This document shows positions 58,637 to 64,000 of a stretch of 64,000 bases of DNA, piece by piece. Numbering within the stretch: position 1 is the stretch's first letter; each line of letters starts with the position of its first letter. Position numbers and translations under genes: made by a program. The DNA is taken from assembly GCA_963843575.1 (NCBI GenBank), contig CAWJKZ010000021.1, positions 64,001-128,000 on the forward strand, given 5' to 3'. The DNA comes from an uncultured Acidobacteriota bacterium. GTDB taxonomy: Bacteria > Acidobacteriota > UBA6911. The notes under the pieces were generated by a model. That model saw only the letters and a list, made by a program, of their open reading frames with translations, ran no database searches and had not been told where the DNA came from.

Positions 58637-58684
58637 CAAAAACAACTCGACACGCAGGACACGGAAAAAAGCAGAAGGACACGG
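58637..58684. repeat. GGACACGG-type dispersed repeat (second copy)
   Basis: Homologous to the reverse complement of 25676-25722. Confidence 0.7.
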
Positions 58685-59046
58685 AAGGCCGAGTCCTGTG
58701 TGGCGGGTTTGCCGTCGCGTACGGCCGAAACTGCAAATCCGCCACACGGCCGCTTCCCGGCGTCCTGCGCCTGGCGCGACCGTATCGCGAACAGGGACTT
58801 CCACTTGCGCCCGGGAAACCGCGCGGCTCGCGGCTGGCACGGGAGGTGCAACTCAAGGGGTGACCGAAGAGAGGGGATCGGCGGGACCGGTCCCCGGCCA
58901 GTGCAAGCGACCTGATGAGGGCCCCCGCGGGTTTCCACACCGGTGGGCGGCCCTCCAGGCCGAACCGGTGACGAAGCAGTCATTCACCGGAGCGAACTCG
59001 ACGCGCGATTGGCTTCAACCGCGCGTCCAATTGTCGGAGGCGAAAC

Positions 59047-59448
59047 ATGAAGCACAAAACGGTTGTAACCCTGTTTGCGTTTAGCTCCCTCGTGGCGCTG
59101 AGCGGTGTGTCGGCTTTTGGCATGGCCCCGGATGGCATCAGAGCCAAAGTCCCGTTCGAATTCAGGGTCGGAAGCGTGACGCTGCCCGCCGGGGAATACC
59201 TGATCACCAGCGAATCCGCCAACGATCCGGAGCTTCTCGAACTGCGCAACGAGAACGGCTCGCCCTCGGTGCTGATCATGGCGCAGCCGCTCTATCCGAA
59301 TTCCGGCGTCTCGGTCAAACCGGAACTCGTGTTCAAGCGCGTCGGCAACCTGGAATACCTGACCCAGATCTGGGACAGTGCAGGCGAAGCGGGCGAGCGG
59401 GTGCTCGAGCCGGCGTTGGTGAACAAGTCGGGCCACCACAAGAGCTGA
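59047..59448 (+). CDS. Small secreted protein, paralog of 2821..3249
   Basis: GGAGG RBS; signal peptide; AKVPFEFRVGSVTLPAGEY...LVFKRVGNLEYLTQIW. Confidence 0.78.
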   Translation: MKHKTVVTLFAFSSLVALSGVSAFGMAPDGIRAKVPFEFRVGSVTLPAGEYLITSESANDPELLELRNENGSPSVLIMAQPLYPNSGVSVKPELVFKRVGNLEYLTQIWDSAGEAGERVLEPALVNKSGHHKS

Positions 59449-59457
59449 GCGCCGCGG

Positions 59458-59538
59458 CCTTGGAGATCCTTTGAGCTCTTCGAGAAACCTTGGAGGTGGT
59501 TTTCAGAGCTCGCCTCCTGGGCTCGAAGAGCTCGAAGA
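59458..59538. repeat. CTTCGAG/CTCGAAG-type imperfect palindrome
   Basis: gagctcttcgag pairs with ctcgaagagctc; roughly 9-nt periodicity as at 6856-6950. Confidence 0.5.
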
Positions 59539-59546
59539 GTAACGAC

Positions 59547-59573
59547 GGGCGGGGGCGGGCCGACCCCGCCCAC
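59547..59573 (-). repeat. GTGG-type REP hairpin (family 2, diverged copy 3)
   Basis: - strand gtgggcggggtcggcccgcccccgccc, with two compensatory C-G to G-C swaps relative to copies 1 and 2. Confidence 0.62.
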
Positions 59574-59654
59574 ATGGGCCCGGGGAAAAAACCGGTATCG
59601 GGTCCACCCGCGTTGACTTACAATCGCGCCGGGGCGCACAGGAGGGGTCCCGGC

Positions 59655-62282
59655 ATGATCGGCCGAACCGTCCTGCATTACCGGATCGTCGAGAAGGTCG
59701 GCGAGGGCGGGATGGGTGGGGTCTACAAGGCGCGGGACCTGCACCTGGACCGCTTCGTCGCCCTGAAGGTCCTTCCGCCGGAGCGGACTTCCGATCCGGA
59801 CCGCAGGCTGCGCTTCATCCAGGAGGCCAGGACGGCCTCCGCACTCAACCACGCCAACATCGTCACCATTCACGACATCGCCGAAGTGGACGGGACGCAC
59901 TTCATCGTGATGGAGTACGTTTCGGGCAAGACGATCGACCAGCGGATCGGGCGTTCGGGGCTGCGGGTGGGCGAGACCCTGAAGTACGCGGTCCAGATTG
60001 CCGAGGCGCTGGCCAAGGCGCACGCCGCCGGAGTGGTCCACAGGGACCTGAAGCCCTCCAACGTCATAGTCACGGACGACGGCGTGGTGAAGATCCTGGA
60101 CTTCGGTCTTGCCAAACTCCGGGAACCCGCGCAGGAGGGCGAGGTCGGCACCACCGCGACGGCGGAGAGCGGGATCAAGCCCATCACGGAAGACGGGGCC
60201 ATCGTGGGGACGGTGGCCTACATGTCCCCGGAACAGGCGGAGGGCAAGGCGGTCGACGCGCGGTCCGACATTTTTTCCTTCGGCGCGATGCTCTACGAGA
60301 TGCTGACCGGGCGGAAGGCGTTCCAGGGCGACAGCAAGATATCCACCCTCTCGGCCATCCTGTACAGGGAGCCCGCCCCGCTGGGCCCTGAAGTTCCCCG
60401 CGATCTGGAAAAGGTCGTCACGCGGTGCCTGCGCAAGGATCCCGAGCGCCGTTTCCAGCACATGGAGGATCTGAAGGTCGCGCTGAACGAGTTGAAGGAG
60501 GAGTCGGATTCCGGGAGGCTGGCCTCCGGCGTTTTCGCGCCGGGCGTGGGCGGCGGCCCCGGCCGCCGACGCGCGGCGTGGGCGGCGGGAGTAGTCCTGG
60601 CCGTGCTGGCGCTGACGGCGTGGTATTTCCTCCGGCCGGCAGCGCGGGTCGGCAACCGGGCCCCCGAGCCGGAGACGGCGCGCACCGGACACCTGACGCT
60701 ACTGTTTTCTTCGGATGGCCGGGCATCCGACCCGGCCGTTTCCCCCGACGGCAAGATGATCGCCTATGTGGCGGAGGACAAGGGGCGGGAGGACCTTTTC
60801 GTCAGCCGCGTGGCGGGTGGCGGGCGGGTGCGGCTGACCGACGACGAGGCCCTGGAATCGACCCCCGAGTTCTCCCCCGACGGCGAGCGCATCGTCTTCA
60901 CCCGCGCGGGGTCGGATTCCAGGAGGCCCGAGGTCTGGACTGTCCCGACTCTCGGCGGACAGGCCGCGCGGGTGCTCCCAGACGCGCTGGAGGCGGCGTG
61001 GTCGGCCGACGGGACCCGGCTTGCGCTGGTCCTGCGACGGCCGGGAGAGGGGGACACGCTCGCCACCTGCGCGTCGGACGGCACGAACCTGGCGCCGGTG
61101 TTGCGCAGCGACGGCAACTACCCGTTCTTCCGCCACCCCGCCTGGTCGCCCGACGGCACGCAGCTCGTCGCGGTGAGAAGCACGGGGGGTGTGGCGGGCG
61201 AGCTCTGGCTGGTGCCGATGCAGGGAGTCCCGCGCCGACTGTGGGTCGATGCGCCGAACGTTTCCAGCAACGAACCGGTTTTCACCGCCGATGGGCGCGG
61301 CATACTGCACGAGTCGAACCGTGCCGGCGCCACGAACCTCTGGATCCTGCCGCTGGGCGGCGGCCCGCCCACTCGGCTCACCACGGGCCCCGGTCCCGAC
61401 CAGTCGCCGAGCGCCGCGCGCAGCGGCGTGATCACGTTCCTGAATGCGCGCTCGCGCTGCGGCCTCATCGTCTGCGACCTCGCTGGCGGGGAGAAGCGCG
61501 AGATCATGTCGCACTCTGCCTACATGTGGAGCCCGGCCTTCTCGCCGAAAGGGGACGATCTGACCATCAGCCTGTCCGGCAAGGACGGCTCGTGGCACGT
61601 CTGGATCGTGCCGGTCCGGGGCGGGTCCGCGCGGCAGCTGACCTCGAGCCCGCTCCCCGAGGTGTACGCCCGCTTCACCCCGGACGGAGCCTCGGTCCTC
61701 TATCACACGTGGAGCTCCGCGCCGGATCGCATCTGGCGCGTGCCGCTGGCCGGAGGGGCTCCCGTCGCCGTCACGCCGGCCCGCGACGAGGACGATGCCT
61801 ACGCCGACGTCTCGCCCGACGGCCGGTGGATCGCCTTCGCGCGCACCGAACAGGAAATCACGCGCGTTTATGTCGCCCCTTTAGCCGGCGGCGCGGCACG
61901 GCGCCTGACGGACTTGCCCTCGACCCTGCCGCGCTGGTCGCCGGACGGGCGCACCATCGCCTTCAGCGCCAACCGCGGCTATGCCGGCGGAGTGTTCGTG
62001 ATCGGCGCAGACGGCACGGGAATGCGCCGCCTTTCCGAGACCGGCGGCTGGCCGGTCTGGTGGCCCGACGGCAGACGGATCGCGTTTCAGGGTATGGGCC
62101 CCGACGGCCACGAGGAGATTTTCGAGATCCCGCTCGGCGGCGGGGCGCCGAAGCCGCTCGACGTCTTGCGGTTCAGAGGGACCAACAATCCCTTCGACAT
62201 CTCCTCGGACGGCAGGCTGCTCGCCACCACCAACTGCCTCGACATCTCGTCAGAAATCTGGCTACTGGAGCCTGCCCGCTAG
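59655..62282 (+). CDS. Ser/Thr protein kinase with TM helix and PD40/TolB-like beta-propeller
   Basis: VGEGGMGGVY; VALK; HRDLKPSN; DFGLAK; GTVAYMSPE; repeated SPDG motifs. Confidence 0.93.
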   Translation: MIGRTVLHYRIVEKVGEGGMGGVYKARDLHLDRFVALKVLPPERTSDPDRRLRFIQEARTASALNHANIVTIHDIAEVDGTHFIVMEYVSGKTIDQRIGRSGLRVGETLKYAVQIAEALAKAHAAGVVHRDLKPSNVIVTDDGVVKILDFGLAKLREPAQEGEVGTTATAESGIKPITEDGAIVGTVAYMSPEQAEGKAVDARSDIFSFGAMLYEMLTGRKAFQGDSKISTLSAILYREPAPLGPEVPRDLEKVVTRCLRKDPERRFQHMEDLKVALNELKEESDSGRLASGVFAPGVGGGPGRRRAAWAAGVVLAVLALTAWYFLRPAARVGNRAPEPETARTGHLTLLFSSDGRASDPAVSPDGKMIAYVAEDKGREDLFVSRVAGGGRVRLTDDEALESTPEFSPDGERIVFTRAGSDSRRPEVWTVPTLGGQAARVLPDALEAAWSADGTRLALVLRRPGEGDTLATCASDGTNLAPVLRSDGNYPFFRHPAWSPDGTQLVAVRSTGGVAGELWLVPMQGVPRRLWVDAPNVSSNEPVFTADGRGILHESNRAGATNLWILPLGGGPPTRLTTGPGPDQSPSAARSGVITFLNARSRCGLIVCDLAGGEKREIMSHSAYMWSPAFSPKGDDLTISLSGKDGSWHVWIVPVRGGSARQLTSSPLPEVYARFTPDGASVLYHTWSSAPDRIWRVPLAGGAPVAVTPARDEDDAYADVSPDGRWIAFARTEQEITRVYVAPLAGGAARRLTDLPSTLPRWSPDGRTIAFSANRGYAGGVFVIGADGTGMRRLSETGGWPVWWPDGRRIAFQGMGPDGHEEIFEIPLGGGAPKPLDVLRFRGTNNPFDISSDGRLLATTNCLDISSEIWLLEPAR

Positions 62283-62644
62283 CGTGCGCCCCCTGGTTAA
62301 GAAAGCTCTCATCGATGAGTCCTCGCAGTCGCGATTTGCCGCTTGACTCCCGGCAGGCAAAAGCGACAGCATCGGTACTCGAGAAACCCCGAAAGTTCGG
62401 ATGGACCGCCCTGAATCCAGTGGTTTGAGCGGTCGTGGGCACCGCGGGCAGGATGCCGGTGCACCGGACCCTCCACGCGCTGCATCCCCTCGCAGTGGCG
62501 GTGGTTCTTGGTATGAGGAAGCCCTGCGTTCCGTGCAGAACAACCGCAGGTGTGCCGGCCCGGCAGATCCGCTGCCGGCCGGATTCGAACAGGCAATCTC
62601 AACCGTCCGGGGCGCTCACGCCCCGGACGCCCGGAGGAACATTC

Positions 62645-64000
62645 ATGCTGAGACGAATAGCCATTCCCACAATGCTGGTTTTTGGACTCGTCTGCCTGGC
62701 CCCCGCCGTCACGGCCCAGGTCAGCCAGGTCATACCGCTCCATCCGGCCCCCTCGGCCGAAACGGGCGTCGCGACGGACGAGACGCCCTCGCTTTGGTTT
62801 GTCGAGCTCTCCGGCCCACCCACCGCGGACGGCGCCAGCCTGACAAGTGTCAGGAATGAGAAGAACGCTTTCCGGAACGCGGCGCGGCAGGAGCGCCTGC
62901 AGTACAAGGAGCGCTATGCCTTCGACACGCTCTTCAATGGGTTCTCCATCTCGGTGAATCCGTCGGAGCTGGGCAAGCTGCGGCGCATCGCCGGCGTCAA
63001 GGCGATCTACCCGGTCGACGTCATCCGTGTCCCGGAAACCACGCCTTCCGACCCGGATTTGTTTACCGCCCTGGCGATGACGGGCGCAGACATCGCGCAG
63101 TCGGAGCTCGGCTTCACGGGCAAGGGTATCAAGGTGGCGGTGGTGGACACCGGCATCGACGTGGATCACCCCGCATTCGGCGGTAGTGGCGTGGCCCGCA
63201 GCAATAGCCCGCTCGGCGGCCGCGTCGTTAAGGGCTACGACTTCGTCGGCGACGCCTTCAACGCGGACTCTACCTCCGCGACCTACAATCCGGTTCCCAC
63301 TCCTGATCCGAATCCCGACGACTGCGCCGGTCACGGCACCCACGTCGCGGGCATCATCGGCGCCAACGACCCCACGAATGAACTGAAGGGTGTAGCCCCG
63401 GGAGTGACCTTCGGCGCTTACCGGGTCTTTGGATGCGGCGGCTCGACCTTCAGCGACATCATGATCGCCGCCATGGAGCGTGCCCTGACCGACAAGATGC
63501 AGGTGCTCAACATGAGCATCGGCTCCGCCTTCCAGTGGCCGCAATACCCGACCGCCATGGCTGCTACCCGACTGGTCAACAAGGGCGTGGTCGTGGTGGC
63601 CTCGATCGGCAACGAAGGTGCAAACGGCCTCTATTCGGCAGGCGCCCCCGGTCTGGGCGAGAAGGTGATCGGTGTGGCCTCGTACGACAACAGCGACGTG
63701 TATCTGCCATACATCACTGTTAACGGGCGCAATGTAGGCTATATCACGATGACCTTCTCCCCCAACCCGCCGACCTCCGGAACGGGTGAGGTTGTCAATG
63801 TCGGGCTGGCCTGCTCGGCACTTCCGGCCGGGTCGCTTACCGGCAAGGTCGCGCTGGCCGCCCGGGGCACTTGCTCGTTCGCAATAAAGGCCACCAACGC
63901 CATCGCCGCCGGCGCAGACGCGGTCCTAATCTCGAATAACGTGGCCGGTGTTTTCAGCGGCACGCTGGGTGCGCCACTGTCAAACCCGAAACCGGTTGTC
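62645..64000 (+). CDS. S8 subtilisin-family serine peptidase with I9-like propeptide and PA domain (runs off the window end)
   Basis: Translated by hand, not in the ORF track: GGAGG RBS, signal peptide, LFNGFS, GKGIKVAVVDTGID (Asp), GHGTHVAGII (His), VLNMSIG, VVASIGN, GKVALAARGTCSF (PA domain). Confidence 0.92.
   Translation, partial: MLRRIAIPTMLVFGLVCLAPAVTAQVSQVIPLHPAPSAETGVATDETPSLWFVELSGPPTADGASLTSVRNEKNAFRNAARQERLQYKERYAFDTLFNGFSISVNPSELGKLRRIAGVKAIYPVDVIRVPETTPSDPDLFTALAMTGADIAQSELGFTGKGIKVAVVDTGIDVDHPAFGGSGVARSNSPLGGRVVKGYDFVGDAFNADSTSATYNPVPTPDPNPDDCAGHGTHVAGIIGANDPTNELKGVAPGVTFGAYRVFGCGGSTFSDIMIAAMERALTDKMQVLNMSIGSAFQWPQYPTAMAATRLVNKGVVVVASIGNEGANGLYSAGAPGLGEKVIGVASYDNSDVYLPYITVNGRNVGYITMTFSPNPPTSGTGEVVNVGLACSALPAGSLTGKVALAARGTCSFAIKATNAIAAGADAVLISNNVAGVFSGTLGAPLSNPKPVV

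Noticed and set aside
58451-58840. N-terminal 130 aa of ORF 58151..58840, and ORF 57723..59084
   Set aside because: These read through REP and GGACACGG repeats; only the last 99 aa look like a real protein.
62340-62470. Possible c-di-GMP or c-di-AMP riboswitch upstream of the S8 protease
   Set aside because: Only isolated fragments (GGCAAA, GAAA, CTGAATCC) without the required order and pairing; an Infernal search would settle it.

Overview
GC-rich bacterial chromosomal segment, most likely Acidobacteriota. This is inferred from an ADOP-type duplicated permease, an Oar-like TonB-dependent receptor and Ser/Thr kinase-TPR/PD40 proteins. It holds about 43 CDS or remnants for envelope, transport, carbohydrate-active and signalling functions, plus metG and glgC. 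I saw no rRNA, tRNA, CRISPR array, integrase or transposase. Four small frameshifts (wHTH-TPR regulator, STAS gene, two in czcA) may be assembly errors. Most interesting signals: (1) an aminoacyl-phosphatidylglycerol synthase in which a DedA domain takes the place of the MprF flippase, next to two AcvB/VirJ hydrolase genes; (2) a 99-aa His/Cys leader ORF ending in the RAPP ribosome-arrest motif directly upstream of a czcCBA-type metal efflux operon; (3) four 11-bp-periodic PHO-box-like repeats upstream of a TBDR/beta-helix-protein operon; (4) a HicB-RHH-MNT fusion with a HEPN partner and a palindromic operator; (5) an Omp85-DUF4390-ntrY-ntrX operon; (6) several REP/REPIN-like extragenic palindrome families, one with compensatory base changes. 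All family assignments come from motifs recognised by eye; no database searches were run.
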